Below, piece after piece: positions 1 through 10,900 of a stretch of DNA of 64,000 nt (position 1 is its first letter; every line of letters starts with the position of its first letter). The DNA comes from Leptogorgia sarmentosa. Taxonomy: Eukaryota. The stretch covers positions 16,740,001 to 16,804,000 of the forward strand of contig OZ210885.1 in assembly GCA_964658305.1 (NCBI GenBank), in the 5' to 3' direction. The translations under genes and the position numbers were made by a program. The notes beneath the pieces are model-generated. The model was not told the origin of the DNA. It worked only from the letters and a program-made list of their open reading frames with translations, and did no database searches.

Positions 1-449
1 TGTGTTGTAGACTTGCTTCATTTTATTGTATGTGTGTTTGTAAATAGGTTTGCTTTCAATGTAAACTTCAGGGATTTTGTTATTGCTACATCTGGAAATA
101 CTTTGTATTGTTGTTTTCCTAAATGTTATTTAATGCCTATTTGTAAATATAATTCCTTTCAATTTCAACTTCAGGGTTTTGTTATTGTTACACATTTAAA
201 AAGTGTAACTTGCATCAACAAATGTCTGCGACCGTACGAGTAGGAAAATACCGGTTCTCGTCTGATCACCGAAGTTAAGCCTAGGTGGGCAAAGTTAGTA
301 CTTGGATGGGTGACTACCTGCGAATACTTTGTGTTGTAGACTTGCTTCATTTTATTGTATGTGTGTTTGTAAATATAATTCCTTTCAATCTGAACTTCAG
401 GGTTTTGTTATTGTTTCACGTTTAAAAAGTGTAACTTCCATCAATAAAT

Positions 450-569
450 GTCTACGACCATACCACTAGGAAAATACCGGTTCTCGTCTGATCACCGAAG
501 TTAGGCCTAGGTGGGCAAAGTTAGTACTTGGATGGGTGACCACCTGGGAATACTTTGTGTTGTAGACTT
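450..569 (+). rRNA. 5S rRNA: 5S rRNA gene copy (C17 variant with well-paired helix II)
   Basis: Full 120-nt copy; CCACTAGG(14-21) pairs with CCTAGGTGG(57-65) with a single bulged G. Confidence 0.93.
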
Positions 570-628
570 GCTTCATTTTATTGTATGTGTGTTTGTAAAT
601 AGGTTTGCTTTCAATGTAAACTTCAGGG

Positions 629-731
629 ATTTTGTTATTGCTACATCTGGAAATACTTTGTATTGTTGTTTTCCTAAATGTTATTTAATCCCTATTTGTA
701 AATATAATTCCTTTCAATTTCAACTTCAGGG
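629..731 (+). repeat. 103-bp long-spacer module, a diverged and internally deleted repeat unit (representative of about 66 copies)
   Basis: Colinear with the spacer end, gene positions 95-120 and the downstream spacer. Length check: 226 - 124 (deletion of -30 to +94) + 1 extra A = 103. Confidence 0.88.
647..672 (+). pseudogene. 3' fragment of 5S (positions 95-120) inside the long spacer; representative
   Basis: CTGGAAATACTTTGTATTGTTGTTTT versus gene CTGGGAATACTTTGTGTTGTAGACTT: 21/26 identical, no gaps. Confidence 0.8.
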
Positions 732-1193
732 TTTTGTTATTGTTACGCATTTAAAAAGTGTAACTTCCATCAACAAATGCCTACGACCGTACGAGTAGGA
801 AAATACCGGTTCTCGTCTGATCACCGAAGTTAAGCCTAGGTGGGCAAAGTTAGTAGTTGGATGGGTGACCACCTGGGAATACTTTGCATTGTAGACTTGC
901 TTCATTTTGTTGTATGTGTGTTTGTAAATATAATTCCTTTCAATCTCAACTTCAGGGTTTTGTTATTGTTACACGTTTAAAAAGTGTAACTTCCATCAAT
1001 AAATGTCTACGACCATACCACTAGGAAAATACCGGTTCTCGTCTGATCACCGAAGTTAAGCGTAGATGGGAAAAGTTAGTACTTGGATGGGTGACCACCT
1101 GGGAATACTTTGTGTTGTAGATTTGCTTCATTTTATTGTATGTGTGTTTTTAAATAGGTTTGCTTTCAATTTCAACTTCAGGGTTTTGTTATT

Positions 1194-1216
1194 GTTACAC
1201 GTTTAAAAAGTGTAAC
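1194..1216 (+). promoter_or_regulatory. TATA-like element TTTAAAAA (-29 to -22) inside the 7-bp inverted repeat GTTACAC...GTGTAAC (-37 to -15); representative of most units
   Basis: Sequence GTTACAC-GTTTAAAAA-GTGTAAC. Its position matches the -25/-30 TATA-like elements known upstream of many 5S genes; function is inferred. Confidence 0.6.
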
Positions 1217-1230
1217 TTCCATCAACAAAT

Positions 1231-1350
1231 GTCTACGACCATACCAGTAGGAAAATACCGGTTCTCGTCTGATCACCGAAGTTAGGCCTAGGTGGGCAAA
1301 GTTAGTACTTGGATGGGTGACCACCTGGGAATACTTTGTGTTGTAGACTT
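1231..1350 (+). rRNA. 5S rRNA: 5S rRNA gene, representative copy heading a 329-bp unit
   Basis: GTCTACGACC...TTGTAGACTT, 120 nt; helices I, III, IV and V can be paired by hand. Confidence 0.95.
1280..1327 (+). promoter_or_regulatory. Internal control region (box A, intermediate element, box C; TFIIIA site), representative of all copies
   Basis: Gene positions +50 to +97: AGTTA(A/G)GCCTAGGTG, then CAAAGT, then TGGATGGGTGACCACCTG. Positions are assigned by analogy to the Xenopus 5S internal control region. Confidence 0.85.
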
Positions 1351-1356
1351 GCTTCA

Positions 1357-1360
1357 TTTT
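1357..1360 (+). terminator. Putative Pol III terminator (T4) at gene positions +127 to +130; representative of all units
   Basis: First run of four T after the gene: ...GTAGACTT GCTTCA TTTT ATTG. Confidence 0.65.
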
Positions 1361-3647
1361 ATTGTATGTGTGTTTGTAAATAGGTTTGCTTTCAATGTAA
1401 ACTTCAGGGATTTTGTTATTGCTACATCTGGAAATACTTTGTATTGTTGTTTTGCTAAATGTTATTTAATCCCTATTTGTAAATATAATTCCTTTCAATT
1501 TCAACTTCAGGGTTTTGTTATTGTTACACGTTTAAAAAGTGTAACTTCCATCAACAAATGCCTACAACCGTACGAGTAGGAAAATACCGGTTCTCGTCTG
1601 ATCACCGAAGTTAAGCCTAGGTGGGTAAAGTTAGTAGTTGGATGGGTGACCACCTGGGAATACTTTGCGTTGTAGACTTGCTTCATTTTGTTGTATGTGT
1701 GTTTGTAAGTAGGTTTGCTTTCAATTTCAACTTCAGGGTTTTGTTATTGTTACATGTTTAAAAAGTGTAACTTCCATCAACAAATGTCTACGACCATACC
1801 AGTAGGAAAATACCGGTTCTCGTCTGATCACCGAAGTTAAGCCTAGGTGGGCAAAGTTAGTACTTGGATGGGTGACTACCTGGGAATACTTTGTGTTGTA
1901 GACTTGCTTCATTTTATTGTTTGTGTGTTTGTAAATAGGTTTGCTTTCAATTTCAACTTCAGGGTTTTGTTATTGTTACACGTTTAAAAATTGTAACTTC
2001 CATCAACAAATGTCTACGACCATACCAGTAGGAAAATACCGGTTCTCGTCTGATCACCGAAGTTAAGCCTAGGTGGGAAAAGTTAGTACTTGGATGGGTG
2101 ACCACCTGGGAATACTTTGTGTTGTAGACTTGATTGATTTTATTGTATGTGTGTTTGTAAATAGGTTTGCTTTCAATTTCAACTTCAGGGTTTTGTTATT
2201 GTTACACGTTTAAAAAGTGTAACTTCCATCAACAAATGTCTACGACCATACCAGTAGGAAAATACCGGTTATCGTCTGATCACCGAAGTTAAGCCTAGGT
2301 GGGCAAAGTTAGTACTTGGATGGGTGACCACCTGGGAATACTTTGTGTTGTAGACTTGCTTCATTTTGTTGTATGTGTGTTTGTAAGTAGGTTTGCTTTC
2401 AATTTCATCTTCAGGGTTTTGTTATTGTTACACGTTTAAAAAGTGTAACTTCCATCAACAAATGTCTACGACCATACCAGTAGGAAAATACCGGTTCTCG
2501 TCTGATCACCGAAGTTAAGCCTAGGTGGGCAAAGTTAGTACTTGGATGGGTGACTACCTGGGAATACTTTGTGTTGTAGACTTGCTTCATTTTATTGTAT
2601 GTGTGTTTGTAAATAGGTTTGCTTTCAATTTCAACTTCAGGGTTTTGTTATTAATACACACGTTTAAAAAGTGTAACTTCCATCAACAAATGTCTACAAC
2701 CATACCAGTAGGAAAATACCGGTTCTCGTCTGATCACCGAAGTTAGGCCTAGGTGGGAAAAGTTAGTACTTGGATGGGTGACCACCTGGGAATACTTTGT
2801 GTTGTAGACTTGCTTCATTTTATTGTATGTGTGTTTGTAAATAGGTTTGCTTTCAATTTCAACTTCAGGGTTTTGTTATTGTTACACGTTTAAAAAGTGT
2901 AACTTCCATCAACAAATGTCTACGACCATACCAGTAGGAAAATACCGGTTCTCGTCTGATCACCGAAGTTAGGCCTAGGTGGGAAAAGTTAGTACTTGGA
3001 TGGGTGACCACCTGGGAATACTTTGTGTTGTAGACTTGCTTCATTTTATTGTATGTGTGTTTGTAAATAGGTTTGCCTCAATTTCAACTTCAGGGATTTT
3101 GTTATTGCTACATCTGGAAATATTTTGTATTGTTGTTTTGCTAAATGTTATTTAATGCCTATTTGTAAATATAATTCCTTTCAACTTCAACTTCAGGGTT
3201 TTATTATTGTTACACGTTTAAAAAGTGTAACTTCCATCAACAAGTGTCTACGACCATACCAGTAGGAAAATACCGGTTCTCGTCTGATCACCGAAGTTAA
3301 GCCTAGGTGGGAAAAGTTAGTACTTGGATGGGTGACCACCTGGGAATACTTTGTGTTGTAGACTTGCTTCATTTTATTGTATGTGTGTTTGTAAATAGGT
3401 TTGCTTTCAATTTCAACTTCAGGGTTTTGTTATTGTTACACGTTTAAAAAGTGTAACTTCCATCAACAAATGTCTACGACCATACCAGTAGGAAAATACC
3501 GGTTCTCGTCTGATCACCGAAGTTAAGCCTAGGTGGGCAAAGTTAGTACTTGGATGGGTGACCACCTGGGAATACTTTGTGTTGTAGACTTGCTTCATTT
3601 TATTGTATGTGTGTTTGTAAATAGGTTTGCTTTCAATATAAACTTCA

Positions 3648-3747
3648 NNNNNNNNNNNNNNNNNNNNNNNNNNNNNNNNNNNNNNNNNNNNNNNNNNNNN
3701 NNNNNNNNNNNNNNNNNNNNNNNNNNNNNNNNNNNNNNNNNNNNNNN
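3648..3747. other. Assembly gap (100 N)
   Basis: Run of exactly 100 n, typical of a fixed-size scaffolding gap. Confidence 0.99.
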
Positions 3748-4580
3748 GGGATTTTGTTATTGCTACATCTGGAAATACTTTGTATTGTTGTTTTGCTAAA
3801 TTTTATTTAATGCCTATTTGTAAATATAATTCCTTTCAATTTCAACTTCAGGGTTTTTTTATTAATACACACGTTTAAAAAGTGTAACTTCCATCAACAA
3901 ATGTCTACAACCATACCAGTAGGAAAATACCGGTTCTCGTCTGATCACCGAAGTTAGGCCTAGGTGGGAAAAGTTAGTACTTGGATGGGTGACCACCTGG
4001 GAATACTTTGTGTTGTAGACTTGCTTCATTTTATTGTATGTGTGTTTGTAAATAGGTTTGCTTTCAATTTCAACTTCAGGGTTTTGTTATTGTTACACGT
4101 TTAAAAAGTGTAACTTCCATCAACAAATGTCTACCACCATACCAGTAGGAAAATACCGGTTCTCGTCTGATCACCGAAGTAAAGCCTAGGTGGGCAAAGT
4201 TAGTACTTGGATGGGTGACCACCTGGGAATACTTTGTGTTGTAGACTTGCTTCATTTTATTGTATGTGTGTTTGTAAGTAGGTTTGCTTTCAATTTCAAC
4301 TTCAGGGTTTTGTTATTGTCACACGTTTAAAAAGTGTAAGTTCCATCAACAAATGTCTACGACCATACCAGTAGGAAAATACCGGTTCTCGTCTGATCAC
4401 CGAAGTTAAGCCTAGGTGGGCAAAGTTAGTACTTGGATGGGTGACTACCTGGGAATACTTTGTGTTGTAGACTTGCTTCATTTTATTGTATGTGTGTTTG
4501 TAAATAGGTTTGCTTTCAATTTCAACTTCAGGGTTTTGTTATTGTTACACGTTTAAAAAGTGTAACTTCCATCAACAAAT

Positions 4581-4700
4581 GTCTACGACCATACCAGTAG
4601 GAAAATACCGGTTCTCGTCTGATCACCGAAGTTAAGCCTAGGTGGGCAAAGTTAGTACTTGGATGGGTGACCACCTGGGAATACTTTGTGTTGTAGACTT
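4581..4700 (+). rRNA. 5S rRNA: 5S rRNA gene, array-consensus copy
   Basis: Matches the array consensus given in the summary. Confidence 0.95.
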
Positions 4701-6820
4701 GCTTCATTTTATTGTATGTGTGTTTGTAAATAGGTTTGCTTTCAATATAAACTTCAGGGATTTTGTTATTGCTACATCTGGAAATACTTTGTATTGTTGT
4801 TTTGCTAAATTTTATTTAATGCCTATTTGTAAATATAATTCCTTTCAATTTCAACTTCAGGGTTTTGTTATTGTTACACGTTTAAAAAGTGTAACTTCCA
4901 TCAACAAATGTCTACGACCATACCAGTAGGAAAATACCGGTTCTCGTCTGATCACCGAAGTTAAGCCTAGGTGGGCAAAGTTAGTACTTGGATGGGTGAC
5001 TACCTGGGAATACTTTGTGTTGTAGACTTGCTTCATTTTATTGTATGTGTGTTTGTAAATAGGTTTGCTTTCAATTTCAACTTCAGGGTTTTGTTATTGT
5101 TACACGTTTAAAAAGTGTAACTTCCATCAACAAATGTCTACAACCATACCAGTAGGAAAATACCGGTTCTCGTCTGATCACCGAAGTTAGGCCTAGGTGG
5201 GAAAAGTTAGTACTTGGATGGGTGACCACCTGGGAATACTTTGTGTTGTAGACTTGCTTCATTTTATTGTATGTGTGTTTGTAAATAGGTTTGCTTTCAA
5301 TTTCAACTTCAGGGTTTTGTTATTGTTACACGTTTAAAAAGTGTAACTTCCATCAACAAATGTCTACCACCATACCAGTAGGAAAATACCGGTTCTCGTC
5401 TGATCACCAAAGTTAAGCCTAGGTGGGCAAAGTTAGTACTTGGATGGGTGACTACCTGGGAATACTTTGTGTTGTAGACTTGCTTCATTTTATTGTATGT
5501 GTGTTTGTAAATAGGTTTGCTTTCAATTTCAACTTCAGGGTTTTGTTATTGTTACACGTTTAAAAAGTGTAACTTCCATCAACAAATGTCTACAACCATA
5601 CCAGTAGGAAAATACCGGTTCTCGTCTGATCACCGAAGTTAGGCCTAGGTGGGAAAAGTTAGTACTTGGATGGGTGACCACCTGGGAATACTTTGTGTTG
5701 TAGACTTGCTTCATTTTATTGTATGTGTGTTTGTAAATAGGTTTGCTTTCAATTTCAACTTCAGGGTTTTGTTATTGTTACACGTTTAAAAAGTGTAACT
5801 TCCATCAACAAATGTCTACGACCATACCAGTAGGAAAATACCGGTTCTCGTCTGATCACCGAAGTTAGGCCTAGGTGGGAAAAGTTTGTACTTGGATGGG
5901 TGACCACCTGGGAATACTTTGTGTTGTAGACTTGCTTCATTTTATTGTATGTGTGTTTGTAAATAGGTTTGCTTTGAATTTCAACTTCAGGGTTTTGTTA
6001 TTGTTACACGTTTAAAAAGTGTAACTTCCATCAACAAATGTCTACGACCATACCAGTAGGAAAATACCGGTTCTCGTCTGATCACCGAAGTTAAGCCTAG
6101 GTGGGCAAAGTTAGTACTTGGATGGGTGACCACCTGGGAATACTTTGTGTTGTAGACTTGCTTCATTTTATTGTATGTGTGTTTGTAAATAGGTTTGCTT
6201 TCAATTTCACCTTCAGGGTTTTGTTATTGTTACACGTTTAAAAAGTGTAACTTCCATCAACAAATGTCTACGACCATACCAGTAGGAAAATACCGGTTCT
6301 CGTCTGATCACCGAACTTAAGCCTAGGTGGGAACAGTTAGTACTTGGATGGGTGACCACCTGGGAATACTTTGTGTTGTAGACTTGCTTCATTTTATTGT
6401 ATGTGTGTTTGTAAATAGGTTTGCTTTCAATTTCAACTTCAGGGTTTTGTTATTGTTACACATTTAAAAAGTGTAACTTCCATCAACAAATGTCTACGAC
6501 CATACCAGTAGGAAAATACCGGTTCTCGTCTGATCACCGAAGTTAAGCCTAGGTGGGCAAAGTTAGTACTTGGATGGGTGACCACCTGGGAATACTTTGT
6601 GTTGTAGACTTGCTTCGTTTTATTGTATGTGTGTTCGTAAATAGGTTTGCTTTCAATGTAAACTTCAGGGATTTTGTTATTGCTACATCTGGAAATACTT
6701 TGTATTGTTGTTTTCCTAAATGTTATTTAATCCCTATTTGTAAATATAATTCCTTTCAATTTCAACTTCAGGGTTTTGTTATTGTTACACATTTAAAAAG
6801 TGTAACTTGCATCAACAAAT

Positions 6821-6940
6821 GTCTACGACCGTACGAGTAGGAAAATACCGGTTCTCGTCTGATCACCGAAGTTAAGCCTAGGTGGGCAAAGTTAGTATTT
6901 GCATGGGTGACCACCTGGGAATACTTTGTGTTGTAGACTT
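6821..6940 (+). pseudogene. Probable 5S pseudogene class A11G+C15G+C78T+G82C (also at 11757, 17351, 21935, 44528, 49633, 57033)
   Basis: GTTAGTATTTGCATGGG replaces GTTAGTACTTGGATGGG. The box C G82 and its helix pair are lost, and C15G breaks helix II. Confidence 0.6.
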
Positions 6941-7952
6941 ACTTCATTTTATTGCATGTGTGTTTGTAAATAGGTTTGCTTTCAATTTCAACTTCAGGGT
7001 TTTGTTATTGTTACACGTTTAAAAATTGTAACTTCCATCAACAAATGTCTACGACCATACCAGTAGGAAAATACCGGTTCTCGTCTGATCACCGAAGTTA
7101 AGCCTAGGTGGGAAAAGTTAGTACTTGGATGGGTGACCACCTGGGAATACTTTGTGTTGTAGACTTGATTGATTTTATTGTATGTGTGTTTGTAAATAGG
7201 TTTGCTTTCAATTTCAACTTCAGGGTTTTGTTATTGTTACACGTTTAAAAAGTGTAACTTCCATCAACAAATGTCTACGACCATACCAGTAGGAAAATAC
7301 CGGTTATCGTCTGATCACCGAACTTAAGCCTAGGTGGGAACAGTTAGTACTTGGATGGGTGACCACCTGGGAATACTTTGTGTTGTAGACTTGCTTCATT
7401 TTATTGTATGTGTGTTTGTAAATAGGTTTGCTTTCAATTTCAACTTCAGGGTTTTGTTATTGTTACACATTTAAAAAGTGTAACTTCCATCAACAAATGT
7501 CTACGACCATACCAGTAGGAAAATACCGGTTCTCGTCTGATCACCGAAGTTAAGCCTAGGTGGGCAAAGTTAGTACTTGGATGGGTGACCACCTGGGAAT
7601 ACTTTGTGTTGTAGACTTGCTTCATTTTATTGTATGTGTGTTTGTAAATAGGTTTGCTTTCAATTTCAACTTCAGGGTTTTGTTATTAATACACACGTTT
7701 AAAAAGTGTAACTTCCATCAACAAATGTCTACAACCATACCAGTAGGAAAATACCGGTTCTCGTCTGATCACCGAAGTTAGGCCTAGGTGGGAAAAGTTA
7801 GTACTTGGATGGGTGACCACCTGGGAATACTTTGTGTTGTAGACTTGCTTCATTTTATTGTATGTGTGTTTGTAAATAGGTTTGCTTTCAATTTCAACTT
7901 CAGGGTTTTGTTATTGTTACACGTTTAAAAAGTGTAACTTCCATCAACAAAT

Positions 7953-10900
7953 GTCTACGACCATACCAGTAGGAAAATACCGGTTCTCGTCTGATCACCG
8001 AAGTTAGGCCTAGGTGGGAAAAGTTAGTACTTGGATGGGTGACCACCTGGGAATACTTTGTGTTGTAGACTTGCTTCATTTTATTGTATGTGTGTTTGTA
8101 AATAGGTTTGCTTTCAATTTCAACTTCAGGGATTTTGTTATTGCTACATCTGGAAATATTTTGTATTGTTGTTTTGCTAAATGTTATTTAATGCCTATTT
8201 GTAAATATAATTCCTTTCAACTTCAACTTCAGGGTTTTATTATTGTTACACGTTTAAAAAGTGTAACTTCCATCAACAAGTGTCTACGACCATACCAGTA
8301 GGAAAATACCGGTTCTCGTCTGATCACCGAAGTTAAGCCTAGGTGGGAAAAGTTAGTACTTGGATGGGTGACCACCTGGGAATACTTTGTGTTGTAGACT
8401 TGCTTCATTTTATTGTATGTGTGTTTGTAAATAGGTTTGCTTTCAATTTCAACTTCAGGGTTTTGTTATTGTTACACGTTTAAAAAGTGTAACTTCCATC
8501 AACAAATGTCTACGACCATACCAGTTGGAAAATACCGGTTCTCGTCTGATCACCGAAGTTAAGCCTAGGTGGGCAAAGTTAGTACTTGGATGGGTGACCA
8601 CCTGGGAATACTTTGTGTTGTAGACTTGCTTCATTTTATTGTATGTGTGTTTGTAAATAGGTTTGCTTTCAATATAAACTTCAGGGATTTTGTTATTGCT
8701 ACATCTGGAAATACTTTGTATTGTTGTTTTGCTAAATTTTATTTAATGCCTATTTGTAAATATAATTCCTTTCAATTTCAACTTCAGGGTTTTTTTATTA
8801 ATACACACGTTTAAAAAGTGTAACTTCCATCAACAAATGTCTACAACCATACCAGTAGGAAAATACCGGTTCTCGTCTGATCACCGAAGTTAGGCCTAGG
8901 TGGGAAAAGTTAGTACTTGGATGGGTGACCACCTGGGAATACTTTGTGTTGTAGACTTGCTTCATTTTATTGTATGTGTGTTTGTAAATAGGTTTGCTTT
9001 CAATTTCAACTTCAGGGTTTTGTTATTGTTACACGTTTAAAAAGTGTAACTTCCATCAACAAATGTCTACCACCATACCAGTAGGAAAATACCGGTTCTC
9101 GTCTGATCACCGAAGTAAAGCCTAGGTGGGCAAAGTTAGTACTTGGATGGGTGACCACCTGGGAATACTTTGTGTTGTAGACTTGCTTCATTTTATTGTA
9201 TGTGTGTTTGTAAGTAGGTTTGCTTTCAATTTCAACTTCAGGGTTTTGTTATTGTCACACGTTTAAAAAGTGTAAGTTCCATCAACAAATGTCTACGACC
9301 ATACCAGTAGGAAAATACCGGTTCTCGTCTGATCACCGAAGTTAAGCCTAGGTGGGCAAAGTTAGTACTTGGATGGGTGACTACCTGGGAATACTTTGTG
9401 TTGTAGACTTGCTTCATTTTATTGTATGTGTGTTTGTAAATAGGTTTGCTTTCAATTTCAACTTCAGGGTTTTGTTATTGTTACACGTTTAAAAAGTGTA
9501 ACTTCCATCAACAAATGTCTACGACCATACCAGTAGGAAAATACCGGTTCTCGTCTGATCACCGAAGTTAAGCCTAGGTGGGCAAAGTTAGTACTTGGAT
9601 GGGTGACCACCTGGGAATACTTTGTGTTGTAGACTTGCTTCATTTTATTGTATGTGTGTTTGTAAATAGGTTTGCTTTCAATATAAACTTCAGGGATTTT
9701 GTTATTGCTACATCTGGAAATACTTTGTATTGTTGTTTTGCTAAATTTTATTTAATGCCTATTTGTAAATATAATTCCTTTCAATTTCAACTTCAGGGTT
9801 TTGTTATTGTTACACGTTTAAAAAGTGTAACTTCCATCAACAAATGTCTACGACCATACCAGTAGGAAAATACCGGTTCTCGTCTGATCACCGAAGTTAA
9901 GCCTAGGTGGGCAAAGTTAGTACTTGGATGGGTGACTACCTGGGAATACTTTGTGTTGTAGACTTGCTTCATTTTATTGTATGTGTGTTTGTAAATAGGT
10001 TTGCTTTCAATTTCAACTTCAGGGTTTTGTTATTGTTACACGTTTAAAAAGTGTAACTTCCATCAACAAATGTCTACAACCATACCAGTAGGAAAATACC
10101 GGTTCTCGTCTGATCACCGAAGTTAGGCCTAGGTGGGAAAAGTTAGTACTTGGATGGGTGACCACCTGGGAATACTTTGTGTTGTAGACTTGCTTCATTT
10201 TATTGTATGTGTGTTTGTAAATAGGTTTGCTTTCAATTTCAACTTCAGGGTTTTGTTATTGTTACACGTTTAAAAAGTGTAACTTCCATCAACAAATGTC
10301 TACCACCATACCAGTAGGAAAATACCGGTTCTCGTCTGATCACCAAAGTTAAGCCTAGGTGGGCAAAGTTAGTACTTGGATGGGTGACTACCTGGGAATA
10401 CTTTGTGTTGTAGACTTGCTTCATTTTATTGTATGTGTGTTTGTAAATAGGTTTGCTTTCAATTTCAACTTCAGGGTTTTGTTATTGTTACACGTTTAAA
10501 AAGTGTAACTTCCATCAACAAATGTCTACAACCATACCAGTAGGAAAATACCGGTTCTCGTCTGATCACCGAAGTTAGGCCTAGGTGGGAAAAGTTAGTA
10601 CTTGGATGGGTGACCACCTGGGAATACTTTGTGTTGTAGACTTGCTTCATTTTATTGTATGTGTGTTTGTAAATAGGTTTGCTTTCAATTTCAACTTCAG
10701 GGTTTTGTTATTGTTACACGTTTAAAAAGTGTAACTTCCATCAACAAATGTCTACGACCATACCAGTAGGAAAATACCGGTTCTCGTCTGATCACCGAAG
10801 TTAGGCCTAGGTGGGAAAAGTTTGTACTTGGATGGGTGACCACCTGGGAATACTTTGTGTTGTAGACTTGCTTCATTTTATTGTATGTGTGTTTGTAAAT

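Noticed and set aside
629..731. The 103-bp module as a MITE or SINE insertion
   Set aside because: It has no terminal inverted repeats, tail or foreign sequence; the apparent flanking direct repeat is just the duplicated spacer.
1125..1230. Spliced-leader RNA, snRNA or tRNA gene linked in the spacer (such linkage is known in several invertebrates); the spacer has CTTCAG acceptor-like and T-rich Sm-like motifs
   Set aside because: I could not find an SL exon with donor site and stem-loop layout, a cloverleaf or an snRNA motif on either strand of the 106-bp spacer. The long spacer is explained by the fossil unit. An Rfam cmscan of both spacer types would settle it.
4607..4660. Cluster of 6-bp palindromes in the gene (ACCGGT, TGATCA, CCTAGG, AGTACT)
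   Set aside because: They lie within ordinary 5S sequence and need no separate explanation.
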